Shown here: piece by piece, positions 1-10,361 of the stretch
How positions within the stretch are numbered: the stretch's first letter is position 1
Layout: every line of letters begins with the position of its first letter
Source of the DNA: Nitrososphaeraceae archaeon
GTDB taxonomy: Archaea; Thermoproteota; Nitrososphaeria; Nitrososphaerales; Nitrososphaeraceae
Assembly (NCBI GenBank): GCA_035297365.1
Contig: DATGZA010000075.1
Coordinates: forward strand, 46,249-110,248
Reading direction: 5' to 3'
Length of the DNA stretch: 64,000 bases
The notes under the pieces: model-generated
What the model was told of the DNA's origin: nothing
The model's database searches: none
The model's input: the letters and a program-made list of their open reading frames with translations, nothing else
Program-made: the position numbers and the translations under genes

Positions 1-249
1 TAAGAAAGGTTATTTCCTTTACAATTTCTTCTATGAGATCAAATAATCCCCTACAAATAAAACAGTTTGAGCAAGAGTTATCTGTACTTGTTGTTTTATG
101 ATCTTTAAGCATCGCGTACTTACCAAATAATATTTTTGCTGTATTGTTTCTTTTTAAACAATAATCACATAGAGTATAAAAATTATTGATAATATTTTCA
201 GATTGTTTCAAATTATAATTGCACTTAACTACTGTTATTATTAGTTACA

Positions 250-1617
250 TTAACCAAAACCGAAACGTCTCAACATTCCATGCATCTGTCTGCCTTTTGC
301 CTGTTTCATCATACTTTTTGAATTATTGTATTGTTTTATCATTTCTTTAACGTCATGTTCCATTATACCTGATCCTCTTGAAATTCGTTTTCTTCTTGAA
401 TCATTGATCACATTTGGATCCTTTTTTTCTTCTTTTGTCATTGATTGTATAACAAATCTCCATTTTTCAATCTTTGTTTGTAAAATATCTAGTTGTTCAT
501 CTTTTACCATACCAGAAAGTCCTGGAAGATTTTCCATTACATTTCTAAACCCCATTTTACTTACATTTTCCATTTGAGAATAGAAATCTTCTATAGTCAT
601 TCTACCACCTAATAATCTTTTAGTTTGGTTTGCATCCGCTTCCAATTCAAGGCTTTTTGCCATTTCTAACAATGCCTTAATATCTCCCATCCCCAATATG
701 CGACCTACAAACCTAGTTGGAGAAAATAATTCTAAATCATCAATCCTTTCACCCGTTCCGATAAACATAATTTTAGCTCCTGTGGCTGCAGAAGCTGCTA
801 AAGCACCTCCACCCTTGGCAGTTCCATCCAGTTTAGTTATCAAAATTCCTCCTACTGGAGCAGCATCGTGAAATGCTTTTGCCTGATTGTATGCCTGCTG
901 TCCAATAGTACCATCTATTACCAGGATGACTATATCAGGATTAACAACATTATACATATCATTCATTTCCTGTAATAATCCTAACTCTTCTTTGTGTCTT
1001 CCCGCTGTATCTATGATGATTACATCATAATCGAGATTATTATAATACTCTAATCCATTTCTCAATATAGAAACAGGATCCTTATTATCTTCTTCTCCAT
1101 AAACTTCCACTTTAATTTTAATGCTATTCATCTTTAATTGTGTAAGAGCGCCAGGTCTCCACGTATCTGCACCTATAATAGCGGTTTTATATCCATGCCT
1201 GGTTAACCATCTCGCAAGTTTAACAGTACATGTAGTTTTTCCGCTTCCCTGGATACCAAGCATCAAAATGATATTCTTTTTCCCAGGTTTAAAATTTAGA
1301 GATTCTTTTTCTTCCGAATAAGATTTCTCTATATTGGTTATGCTTGTTCCGCTGTATCCAAGTAAAGAAGCAATTTCATTATAAAGTATTGTAATAATAT
1401 GATCTTTTCTTGATAATCCTTTTGGAGGCTGTTCATTTAAGGCACGATCTTTTAAATTCTTTGTAATAGAAAGCACCAATTTGACATTGATATCAGATTG
1501 CAATAATGATCTTTGGATATCCTTACAAAGAGAATCAATCAATGCTTCATTTATATCCGATGCTCCTACTATTTTCTTGAGGGCGCTTCTTAATCCTGTC
1601 CGTAGATTATCAAACAT
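250..1617 (-). CDS. srp54: Signal recognition particle protein SRP54
   Basis: NG-domain GTPase motifs [26 protein letters not shown]; Met-rich M domain with [11 protein letters not shown]. Confidence 0.97.
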   Translation of the reverse strand: MFDNLRTGLRSALKKIVGASDINEALIDSLCKDIQRSLLQSDINVKLVLSITKNLKDRALNEQPPKGLSRKDHIITILYNEIASLLGYSGTSITNIEKSYSEEKESLNFKPGKKNIILMLGIQGSGKTTCTVKLARWLTRHGYKTAIIGADTWRPGALTQLKMNSIKIKVEVYGEEDNKDPVSILRNGLEYYNNLDYDVIIIDTAGRHKEELGLLQEMNDMYNVVNPDIVILVIDGTIGQQAYNQAKAFHDAAPVGGILITKLDGTAKGGGALAASAATGAKIMFIGTGERIDDLELFSPTRFVGRILGMGDIKALLEMAKSLELEADANQTKRLLGGRMTIEDFYSQMENVSKMGFRNVMENLPGLSGMVKDEQLDILQTKIEKWRFVIQSMTKEEKKDPNVINDSRRKRISRGSGIMEHDVKEMIKQYNNSKSMMKQAKGRQMHGMLRRFGFG

Positions 1618-1618
1618 T

Positions 1619-2305
1619 TTACTTATCCATTAATACAATATCTATTATTTCTATTATACCTCTTTGTCCATCCCATTTAGTCTTTGAATTAAGTATTTGT
1701 AATCTCTTTTCATAGATTGGACAGTCAATTACAAGTGTTTCTGCTTCTCCTCCTTCAAATGCCACATTAAACCCATATTTCTTACTTAGCAAAAATAATT
1801 TTTCAAGTTTATCTTGATCTATAATTGTGCCCAACCAACTCTCGTCCAGTCCCATCGCAGAAACGCTAACTATGAGTATGGAGAATTTATGAATGAGTAG
1901 TTCCTTCATATATGAAAATTGCTCAGCTTCCCATAGCGGAGAATAAAGTATCAAATCATTATCCTTACAAATATTATTAAAAATATTTTTTTGAAAATTT
2001 GAGAACAATCCTCCATTGACTAATCCTTCGATGTTGTATTCTGCCTTGGCAATTTTTACCAAATGATCTAGAGATTTTATTTCTTTATCTAAATTGTTAA
2101 TTGCAATGTTACCTTCAATAATGGGTATATTCATAGCTTGGGATTGCAATTTAGGAATCCCCATATTTGGGAAGTGAAATAGTAGACTTTCTTCATTAGA
2201 TGGATATAATGTAATCAAACATTTTATTGAAAATCCTCTTTTCTTAGCGAGATAGATAGCATATGTACTATCCTTACCACCAGAGAAAAGACTAGCTAGT
2301 TTCAT
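1619..2305 (-). CDS. dph6: Diphthine-ammonia ligase (Dph6, PP-loop ATPase)
   Basis: N-terminal SGGKDS PP-loop and EGGEAETLVIDCP motif. Confidence 0.88.
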   Translation of the reverse strand: MKLASLFSGGKDSTYAIYLAKKRGFSIKCLITLYPSNEESLLFHFPNMGIPKLQSQAMNIPIIEGNIAINNLDKEIKSLDHLVKIAKAEYNIEGLVNGGLFSNFQKNIFNNICKDNDLILYSPLWEAEQFSYMKELLIHKFSILIVSVSAMGLDESWLGTIIDQDKLEKLFLLSKKYGFNVAFEGGEAETLVIDCPIYEKRLQILNSKTKWDGQRGIIEIIDIVLMDK

Positions 2306-2375
2306 TATTTATATCAATTCAATGGATAGTATATATAAAAATAAAAAATGGTGATGCAGATAATACTTTTGATTA

Positions 2376-2681
2376 TTACATATTGGAAATTGAATTATGC
2401 TGCTGAATGGTTGCGTAATTCGACTGCTCCGAGACCTCTGGGAACAATCCTGCTAATTTATCATGTTTGTCTAGAAAATCTACTCCCATAGACGTCGTCT
2501 TATACAAGCCAGTAACTTTGGAATATTCCATTAAACCTTGTTTAACTGCTAATCGCAAATATCTAGTTATTTGAGAATGAGACACAGATGCCTTATTCAT
2601 TATAGTTGTTTGATATTCCCATTTATTGGCAGCACAACGAATTATAGATGCAATTATTCCTATATCAGTTCTATTTTTCAA
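2376..2681 (-). CDS. Winged-helix transcriptional regulator (ArnR1-like/HTH_45 type)
   Basis: R-T-D-I-x-I-I-A-S-I, TTIMNKASVS, YL, YKTTSMG pattern typical of the small archaeal wHTH family; TTG start. Confidence 0.75.
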   Translation of the reverse strand: MKNRTDIGIIASIIRCAANKWEYQTTIMNKASVSHSQITRYLRLAVKQGLMEYSKVTGLYKTTSMGVDFLDKHDKLAGLFPEVSEQSNYATIQQHNSISNM

Positions 2682-3000
2682 AGAATCTTTACCTCTTTCT
2701 TCATCCTATGAATGCTGAATGATGGAATTCATTTTAAATAATAAAAAAACCTTTGACAATTATTAACGACAAAGTTGTTTGTTAAATTAAAACTGATAAA
2801 AAGAAATATTAAAAATTAATCAGAACACCTCAGCAACTCATAATCTTCGTCACATACAAATTACAATGTATCGGACGGCTCTTCCTATACTTCATCGGCA
2901 TTAGATTTGTTTATTACCTTTAATTTAAATTGATCATTATTAAAGACCCCTTTTTTGGAAAACTAGTTTAAATACTCATTTTTTTTATTCCAATCCGACG

Positions 3001-3935
3001 TGTAGTAATCTGGCGTTATAGTTTGAAATCAATTATACAACGATGCTTTCAACATTCTCTCATTTGTCATGTTCTCTAACCTTATAGCAGTAAGGTATTC
3101 TCCAAAGATTCTCTTTATGCAGGATTAAACAATTTGTACAATCCCTCTTTTATGATATCTAACGCCATCATTTAAAATGCCAAGCTTAGCATTCCATTCC
3201 ATTACTGCGACAATTCCTTTATAAATGGTCGTCCATTTCAGTCTAAAGTTCATTCCTTTATTGCATATTACATTCCTCTAAATGATAAAAATTGAATTGC
3301 TATTAGTATCACACGAACCGTCAATACTGGCAGTATCTAGTTCTCTTAATCTGTTTTATTGCTATATTACCTACCAAGTCGTGTAATACTAAGGAATCAT
3401 GTAATTGTTCACTGCTGGATACCAGTAACCATAAAATTTTCTTACTTCTTATGTCAACTGCTATACGTACCTTTAGATAGCGTTTTTTAAATCTCCCTTT
3501 TTTTTAATACGCTCGTCTCTGAATGATACTTTGATCCCAGTAGAATCAATTGCGATTACAAAATTATCTTGTAAATTACAGTTCATGACCTCATCGGAAA
3601 TCTTGGTATCATCCCTCTATTCTTCTGGTAATGTTACTATAATGAGGGATTTGATGATAATGCATTACAAGCAGGTGCTGGTACTATATCTTCAGTGTGT
3701 CTCTATGGTAAATGAAAGTAAAGTTATATATAATCCAACAATTTGGTATACGAAATTTCCAGCTTCTTTATACCTGTTAATATCTTCCATTTTAGTATCC
3801 GGTTGTAAATAACATCAAAATCAAGAGAATCTCTGCTCTCTGTATAAGATATTATTATCTTTATTCCCTTCAGTGAAAAAGGTCCTAGCATTAGGATTGT
3901 TTGCTAAATTTTTTAGGAATGTGACTTATGCAACA
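3001..3935 (-). mobile_element. Decayed IS5-family element (DDE transposase pseudogene)
   Basis: Minus-strand fragments read EILLDFDVI, YFHLP*RHTE, VIAIDSTGIKV, YLKVRIAVDIRSKKIL, LHDS, IDGSCD and SCIKRIFGEY...MLKASLYN, with stops and frameshifts; IR-like TTATGCAACA at 3926-3935, other end degenerate. Confidence 0.85.
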
Positions 3936-4092
3936 ATACATTAAAATCAAATAAAGAGATTTGAATCAGGATAGCCCATATACAAATGTGATCCATATGT
4001 AAATTATGCTAAAGAATGCTTTTTGTACTTATTGTGCATAAAATATAATCAAATAAAATTAATTTTTATTATCCTTATTTTATATTCAGAGT

Positions 4093-5145
4093 ATGATCTC
4101 TGCGAGAATAGTTAAAACCAATGAATCTCTGATAATTGAGACTATGCAGCAACCAAAACCTGTACATACACAAGTTTTGGTACGAGTTAAAGCTGCTGGA
4201 ATATGCCATAGTGACCTACATTTGTGGGAAGGAGGATACATTGGTTCTGGTGGAAAAATGATGAAAGTAGAAGATAGAGGAGTTCGTTTCCCATTAACAC
4301 CAGGCCATGAAGTAGCAGGTGTGGTGGAGGAAATAGGAGAATCAGTGTCATATTTTCAAAAAGGAGACAGAGTTTTGGTCTATCCTTGGATTGGGGACGA
4401 GATATGTTCTTCATGCAAGTCAGGGGATGAAAATTTATGTGATAAACCTAGAACATTAGGAATTTACCAAGATGGAGGCTACTCAGACTTAATTCTTGTT
4501 CCTAATTATAAATACCTAATAAAATTAGAACAGAATGATTTTGATTCTGCAGCTTCTCTCGCATGTTCTGGGTTAACTGCTTATACAGCAATAAAGAAAG
4601 CAGCTGCAACTCCCAATGATAATTTGGTAATTATTGGAGCTGGCGGATTGGGATTGATGGCAGTGCAGATAGCGAAATCAATCACTAATTCCAAAATTTT
4701 GGTTGTAGATGTAGACAATGAGAAATTAGAGGAAGCGAAAAGATTAGGTGCAGATCACATTATCAATTCCGTGGAGACTGATCCTATCAAGAATGTAAAA
4801 GATTTATCAGGGGGAGAAGGTTGTGAAATAGCAATAGATTTTGTAAATAACAGTAAAACTGCACCGGTTGCTATAGATAGTTTGAGAAAAAGAGGAAAAT
4901 ATATAATGGTAGGATTATTTGGAGGATCTTTGGAATTGAATCTCCCATTGGTTCCCCTGAGAGCATTTAATATAATGGGCGCTTATACTGGAAGAATCAC
5001 AGACTTGGTTGAACTAGTATCACTCTATAAAAAAGGAAAGATAAGTTCTGTTGTATCAAAGAAATACAAATTGGATGCCGTGAATGACGCTCTACAAGAT
5101 CTAAAGAACAGAAAAATTATTGGAAGAGCAGTATTTAATCCCTAA
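4093..5145 (+). CDS. Zn-dependent (MDR) alcohol dehydrogenase
   Basis: GICHSDLH, GHE, structural Zn site D..C..C.......C, GAGGLG NAD-binding motif. Confidence 0.93.
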   Translation: MISARIVKTNESLIIETMQQPKPVHTQVLVRVKAAGICHSDLHLWEGGYIGSGGKMMKVEDRGVRFPLTPGHEVAGVVEEIGESVSYFQKGDRVLVYPWIGDEICSSCKSGDENLCDKPRTLGIYQDGGYSDLILVPNYKYLIKLEQNDFDSAASLACSGLTAYTAIKKAAATPNDNLVIIGAGGLGLMAVQIAKSITNSKILVVDVDNEKLEEAKRLGADHIINSVETDPIKNVKDLSGGEGCEIAIDFVNNSKTAPVAIDSLRKRGKYIMVGLFGGSLELNLPLVPLRAFNIMGAYTGRITDLVELVSLYKKGKISSVVSKKYKLDAVNDALQDLKNRKIIGRAVFNP

Positions 5146-5187
5146 AGAAAATTTCTAATCTTTTATTTTTAATCTTGTTTAAGTGTA

Positions 5188-5346
5188 TCCCGCGAGCAGG
5201 ATTTGCTCCAAATAACAATTGTTACTTTGTTTGAGCCTGCGACAATTCGGTTTCTGTTAAATGTAAGCCTGATAGGCTGATCACAACGGTTAGCTAAACA
5301 GCCAACTTCTACAGCCGAAAGCTCTACCAGGCTGAGCTATCGCGGG
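5188..5346 (-). tRNA. tRNA-Tyr(GTA) with two introns (37/38: 5252-5308, 57 nt; T-loop 58/59: 5203-5230, 28 nt)
   Basis: CCCGCGA/TCGCGGG-A acceptor with C1-G72, anticodon loop CT-GTA-G; removing both introns gives a 74-nt cloverleaf; BHB-type motifs at both sites. Confidence 0.93.
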
Positions 5347-5409
5347 ATACCTGCTGTGAAACATTTATTATATATAATTGATTCTAAGCAGATATTCAAA
5401 GATTCAATT

Positions 5410-6405
5410 TTAATTCGACATGAATTCAGATAAATACAATGAGGAATAAGTAATTATTTTATCTGCACCAGATCTTTTAAGTGAACCTAAGAGATTTAAA
5501 AGAAAGTGAATCTCATCTATTACTCCTATCTTTGATGCTGCTTTTATCATCGAATATTCGCCCGACACAATCTGGACTACTGTTGGAGCAGTGTATTTCC
5601 TACTAACTTGATAAACTAAATCTAAAGAAGTAATAGAAGGTTTTAACAATATCATATCTGCACCTTCTCGAATATCAAATTCAATCTCCCTAAGCACCTC
5701 CATGGTGTTGCAATATGATACCTGATAGGAAGATTTGTCCAAGGATTTCGGAAAGTTGAGGAATACTCCGGATTGAAATGGTTTATAAAGCGACGAGGAT
5801 TGTTTTGCTGAAAATGAAAGTATTTGTGTTTTCTTATGTCCCTCGGTATCTAGTTTTTCCCTAATACAACGAACTTGACCATCCATCATTGATGAAGGAG
5901 CTACAATATCGGCTCCAGCGATGGAATGACTTAACGCTATCTTAGCTAGATAATCGACGGTTTGATCATTTTTAATTTCATTATTTTTGCTCGTTATACC
6001 GCAATGTCCAGATTCGTTATAGTGACATAGACATATATCAGTAATCAATTTTAGTTTATCTCCAAAATTAGATTTCAATGTTCTTACTGTCTTTTGAACA
6101 ACTCCGTTAGCTGAAAACGCTAAAGAACCATCTCTTGTTTTATTTCTTGGTATTCCAAACAATATGATTGATTTAATCCCTTTATCTACTACATCCCCTA
6201 CCGAATCGATTATTTTATGATAGGGAATCTGAAAAATTCCAGGCATTGATCCAAGTTGATGATACTTTGCCATCTCAGTAATAAAAATTGGATAAATCAG
6301 ATCATCTTTATATAGTCTAAAATTTTTTGTCAATTCCAAGTAAAATTTTTGATCTGATTCTGACATCCTTAGTACACCGTTGATCAGATTATTTATAACT
6401 ACCAT
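5410..6405 (-). CDS. hemB: Divergent second porphobilinogen synthase (HemB-like)
   Basis: DICLCHYNESGHCG Zn site, APSSMMDGQV, both Schiff-base Lys (SAK, LKP); lid region and N-terminal arm degenerate. Confidence 0.8.
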   Translation of the reverse strand: MVVINNLINGVLRMSESDQKFYLELTKNFRLYKDDLIYPIFITEMAKYHQLGSMPGIFQIPYHKIIDSVGDVVDKGIKSIILFGIPRNKTRDGSLAFSANGVVQKTVRTLKSNFGDKLKLITDICLCHYNESGHCGITSKNNEIKNDQTVDYLAKIALSHSIAGADIVAPSSMMDGQVRCIREKLDTEGHKKTQILSFSAKQSSSLYKPFQSGVFLNFPKSLDKSSYQVSYCNTMEVLREIEFDIREGADMILLKPSITSLDLVYQVSRKYTAPTVVQIVSGEYSMIKAASKIGVIDEIHFLLNLLGSLKRSGADKIITYSSLYLSEFMSN

Positions 6406-6450
6406 GCAAGAAGATCATACCATTTGATTTAATGATAAATTGCTTCTTTG

Positions 6451-7116
6451 TCATTTTTTTTCATCCTCAGAGAGAGTCCAAGGAAACCATTTCCCAATAA
6501 TCTTTCCCCAATCTATTTTCAAGTATAAATAAATTATTACTACCAATACTACGATACTCACGCCTATTCCAAGATAAAGAAAAATAGGATCGGTTTTTCC
6601 GGAAGTAAGAGAATCAACAACCGGACGACCTAGGAAAACGCTACCAAAAACAATTATTTCATTTAAAATAAATTTTCCAGAGAATGTAGATATGGCAAAT
6701 TTCCATGGACTATACTTTGCTAAACCAAGTGGAATATATACCAAGTCGTCAGGTATTGGAGTCACTGCTGCTATAAACGCCCCAGGCCATCCATATTTTG
6801 ATACCAATCTTTGTAGGGGCAACATTCTCTTCTTAGTTTTGGTACTTAAAATACGTCGTCCATAATAACTTGCATAAAAAATAATCAATTTAGCTATAAC
6901 AGCACCTACAGCACTCACAATAGATATAAGATGAGGATCTAACTGTTTATCGATTCCTGCCGTAAACAAAACAGGAAAATAAGGAACTGGTATAAATACA
7001 ACTATACTTGCCAGAAAACTTATTATCAGGATTCCTAGATATCTACCTATGTTACCATATTCTTCTACGTATCCAAAATCTTGAAAGAATGAAAGCAGAT
7101 CATTAGTATTTTCCAA
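6451..7116 (-). CDS. DedA/VTT-domain membrane protein
   Basis: Hydrophobic helices, FIPVP and TPIPDDLVYIPLG motifs. Confidence 0.8.
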   Translation of the reverse strand: MENTNDLLSFFQDFGYVEEYGNIGRYLGILIISFLASIVVFIPVPYFPVLFTAGIDKQLDPHLISIVSAVGAVIAKLIIFYASYYGRRILSTKTKKRMLPLQRLVSKYGWPGAFIAAVTPIPDDLVYIPLGLAKYSPWKFAISTFSGKFILNEIIVFGSVFLGRPVVDSLTSGKTDPIFLYLGIGVSIVVLVVIIYLYLKIDWGKIIGKWFPWTLSEDEKK

Positions 7117-7244
7117 GTATCGTTACTCCTTTTCCTTGTATCTATTCTATATTTAAGTGAATAATGAGATCAATAATTCCTCATACACTTGATTTTAATA
7201 TTATTATCGTATATTATTTTAATAAAAGTAAATATGTGTCTCAT

Positions 7245-8732
7245 TTAGTAGGCTTTTGCAAAAATAACAACATGTTTTGAGGGCTTTCTACAGAATATAC
7301 AACGAGCATTTTCGTCTTTTTCCTCTAAATCAAAAGGAATTATCCTAATATCTGCACCGGTATCGTCTTTTATTTTATTTTCGCAATCTTCATTTCCACA
7401 CCAAGTGGATAATATAAAACCGCTATTTTTATCTAATTTATCTCGCATGTCATCATAACTTGAAACTTTACGGAAATTATTCAGATGAAACTGCAACGCC
7501 TTATCATACATTGCCTTTTGAATATCAGATAAGATAGTCGTAAGAGATCTTACTAAGTTGTTTGTTCTTTCAATAATTAATTTCTCTTTTGTATCTCTTC
7601 TTACAAGTTCTAACTTTTCATTATTTATATCCCTTGAACCTATATTGATTCTAAGTGGAATCCCCTTTATTTCCCAATCATTGAACTTCCATCCTGATGT
7701 ATATCCATCTCTTGCATCCAGGTGACTTCTCATCCCTCCTGATACCAATTCATTTTGCAATTTTTTTGATTCTTCAATTACCAAATCTTTATTGCTATTT
7801 TTATAAATTGGTACGATAACTATCTGAATAGGTGCAATATTTGGAGGTAAAATTAAGCCTTTGTCATCTCCATGAACCATTATTAATGCACCTATTAATC
7901 TCCAGGACATTCCCCAAGAAGTTTGCCATGCAAAATATTGCTTGGAATCCTTTCCAAGAAATCTTATCTCAAATGGTTTCGAGAAATTTTGTCCGAGATT
8001 GTGAGACGTCGCCATTTGTAAGGCCTTACCATCAGGCATTATTGATTCGAGGCTGGTAGTATACGAAGCCCCAACGAATTTCTCTTTTTCAGTCTTTAAA
8101 CCTTTGACTGTAGGGATAGCAAGATAATTTTCTATTAATTCTTGATAATATCCTAAAATTAGTAAAACTTCATTTTCGGCATCGCTGCTAGTTTCATGGA
8201 CTGTATGTCCCTCTTGCCAAAGAAATTCAGAATTTCTTATGAAGGGTTTTGTAGATTTTATCTCCGCCCTCAGAGCAGAATTCCAAAAATTTATTTTTAA
8301 GGGCAGGTCACGATGACTCATTATCCATTTTGAAAAAATGTTATAAGCTAAAGTTTCTGAGGTTGGACGAACCGCTAATTTATCTGAAAGATTATTGTTT
8401 CCGGCCTTTGTAACCCAAAATACTTCTGGAGTAAAGCCAGTAAAGTGGTCTTTCTCTTTCGAAAGAAGACTTTCTGGAATCAATATAGGTAAAAAACCAT
8501 TTTCATGTCCGGATTCTTTTAGTTTCTTATCAAGAATCTCTTTGATATTTTCCCAAATTCGATATCCATAAGGTCTAAGAATAATAAATCCCTTAACTGG
8601 AGAATAATCAACTAACCCTGATTTGGTAACCGCTTGAGTGTACCATTCAGAAAAATTATCATTTTTCTTTACAGTTATTCCGATTTCCTTAGAATCTGAC
8701 AAAAATTTATTCCTCTTTTTAAGAGTTTCCAA
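7245..8732 (-). CDS. proS: Proline--tRNA ligase (archaeal/eukaryotic type)
   Basis: FSEWY, RPTSET, EFLWQEGHT, QTSWGMSWR and C-terminal Zn domain ending AKAY. Confidence 0.97.
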   Translation of the reverse strand: METLKKRNKFLSDSKEIGITVKKNDNFSEWYTQAVTKSGLVDYSPVKGFIILRPYGYRIWENIKEILDKKLKESGHENGFLPILIPESLLSKEKDHFTGFTPEVFWVTKAGNNNLSDKLAVRPTSETLAYNIFSKWIMSHRDLPLKINFWNSALRAEIKSTKPFIRNSEFLWQEGHTVHETSSDAENEVLLILGYYQELIENYLAIPTVKGLKTEKEKFVGASYTTSLESIMPDGKALQMATSHNLGQNFSKPFEIRFLGKDSKQYFAWQTSWGMSWRLIGALIMVHGDDKGLILPPNIAPIQIVIVPIYKNSNKDLVIEESKKLQNELVSGGMRSHLDARDGYTSGWKFNDWEIKGIPLRINIGSRDINNEKLELVRRDTKEKLIIERTNNLVRSLTTILSDIQKAMYDKALQFHLNNFRKVSSYDDMRDKLDKNSGFILSTWCGNEDCENKIKDDTGADIRIIPFDLEEKDENARCIFCRKPSKHVVIFAKAY

Positions 8733-8746
8733 TAATCATTTTAAAA

Positions 8747-9058
8747 TTAAAGTGGTTCTCCACGACAGTATACCTTCCCAGAAATCCTACTATTGAAATT
8801 TTTACAAACATAACATTGTACAAAAGGCACTTCTTTTTGCAATACTGGACAATCGACTGATTCCATTTTCATCCTTTTAAGCATTTTTGGACTAACTCCT
8901 TTTAATTTTAGTTTACCTTTGTCATCCATCATACCAATTCCCTTTAATTGATTTTTAACGTCATCAGTTAATCTAGAACTTTTTTCCGATAATTTTATAG
9001 GTACTATGAATTTTGTTTCACTATCAAGATTATTGTTAGAATTTGAATCTTCCATCAA
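8747..9058 (-). CDS. Hypothetical protein with C-terminal Cys cluster
   Basis: CP...C..C...........C pattern; co-oriented directly upstream of proS. Confidence 0.65.
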   Translation of the reverse strand: MMEDSNSNNNLDSETKFIVPIKLSEKSSRLTDDVKNQLKGIGMMDDKGKLKLKGVSPKMLKRMKMESVDCPVLQKEVPFVQCYVCKNFNSRISGKVYCRGEPL

Positions 9059-9164
9059 AATATTTTTCCTTCAATAGAATATATTTGATTTCCTCACCAA
9101 AATTATTTATGAAAAAATAGAATTACTTTTTATATTATAACTACTTTAAAACACTATTAACAAA

Positions 9165-10361
9165 TTGAATTCAGAGCTGATACCGTGTAAGAATAGTATT
9201 GTATCTGAAATTCTCCGAAAGTGTTTTGAAAAAAAAACTCTATCAAAAGATGAAATTCTTTTATTATTAGAATCAAAAGAAGATCATTCTATATTCCATG
9301 TTGCTTCCTTTCTAAAGGAAATTTATAAAAAAAAGACGATAACCTACTCTAGAAAAATTTTCATCAACATCACAAATTTATGCAAGGATTTTTGTTCCTA
9401 TTGTACCTACAGAAAAGATCCTTATCATCAACAAGCAGTCATGATGTATCCAAATGAAATATTGGAATTGGCAGAGAAAGGAAAAAAATACAAGTGTACT
9501 GAAGCTTTGATAGTTTCAGGAGAAAGACCAGAAGACAGATATAATGAAGCAAAAGATTGGTTGAGATCATTAAATTTTAAGTCTACTGTTGAATACGTTA
9601 GCAACATTTCAGAAAAAATAACTAAAAAAACCGGATTGCTTCCACATTCTAATTTGGGAAATATATCCAAGGATGAGATGAAAATGTTAAAAGATTATAA
9701 TGTTAGTTTGGGATTAATGTTGGAGTCTTCAACCTATAGATTAAGACAGAAAGGGATGGCTCATGAATACGCACCAAGCAAGGACCCAGGAATCAGGTTA
9801 GAAACAATTGAAAATGCAGGTATATTAAAAATTCCTTTAACTACAGGAATATTGATAGGTATAGGAGAGAATATTGAGGAAATAATAGACTCGATTTTGT
9901 TAATTGGAAATATTAATTCGAAATATGGTCACATTCAGGAAATTATCCTTCAAAACTTTAGGCCAAAAACTAATACGAAAATGCGTAATATGCCCCCTCC
10001 AGACGATAATCTTTTTTTGAGATTAGTTGCAATATCGCGAATATTATTGCCTACAATGAATATACAAATTCCACCTAATTTATCTCCATTAAACTATATA
10101 TCGTTTATTGATGTTGGAATTAATGATTGGGGAGGTATTTCACCTCTTACTGTTGACCACGTAAATCCAGAATTTGCTTGGCCTGATATTAAAGATATAA
10201 AAAAAAATACTCGATCAAAGAACCAAATTTTGAGAGCAAGACTACCTATTTATCCCGAATTTATAAAAAAAGAATTCATTAATCCAACTCTAGAAAATTA
10301 TATAGATAATCTAATAGATAAAGACGGATTAGTAAAAGAGGAATATTTAAATGAATTTTGA
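9165..10361 (+). CDS. cofG: FO synthase subunit CofG (radical SAM)
   Basis: CKDFCSYC, TTGILIGIGE, QIPPNL, NDWGGISPLTVDHVNPE. Confidence 0.95.
   Translation: MNSELIPCKNSIVSEILRKCFEKKTLSKDEILLLLESKEDHSIFHVASFLKEIYKKKTITYSRKIFINITNLCKDFCSYCTYRKDPYHQQAVMMYPNEILELAEKGKKYKCTEALIVSGERPEDRYNEAKDWLRSLNFKSTVEYVSNISEKITKKTGLLPHSNLGNISKDEMKMLKDYNVSLGLMLESSTYRLRQKGMAHEYAPSKDPGIRLETIENAGILKIPLTTGILIGIGENIEEIIDSILLIGNINSKYGHIQEIILQNFRPKTNTKMRNMPPPDDNLFLRLVAISRILLPTMNIQIPPNLSPLNYISFIDVGINDWGGISPLTVDHVNPEFAWPDIKDIKKNTRSKNQILRARLPIYPEFIKKEFINPTLENYIDNLIDKDGLVKEEYLNEF

Noticed and set aside
3531-3812. ORF 3531-3812 (+), and likewise 13744-13944, 14496-14678 and 23099-23281
   Set aside because: Shadow or fragment ORFs lying within decayed IS or pseudogene sequence
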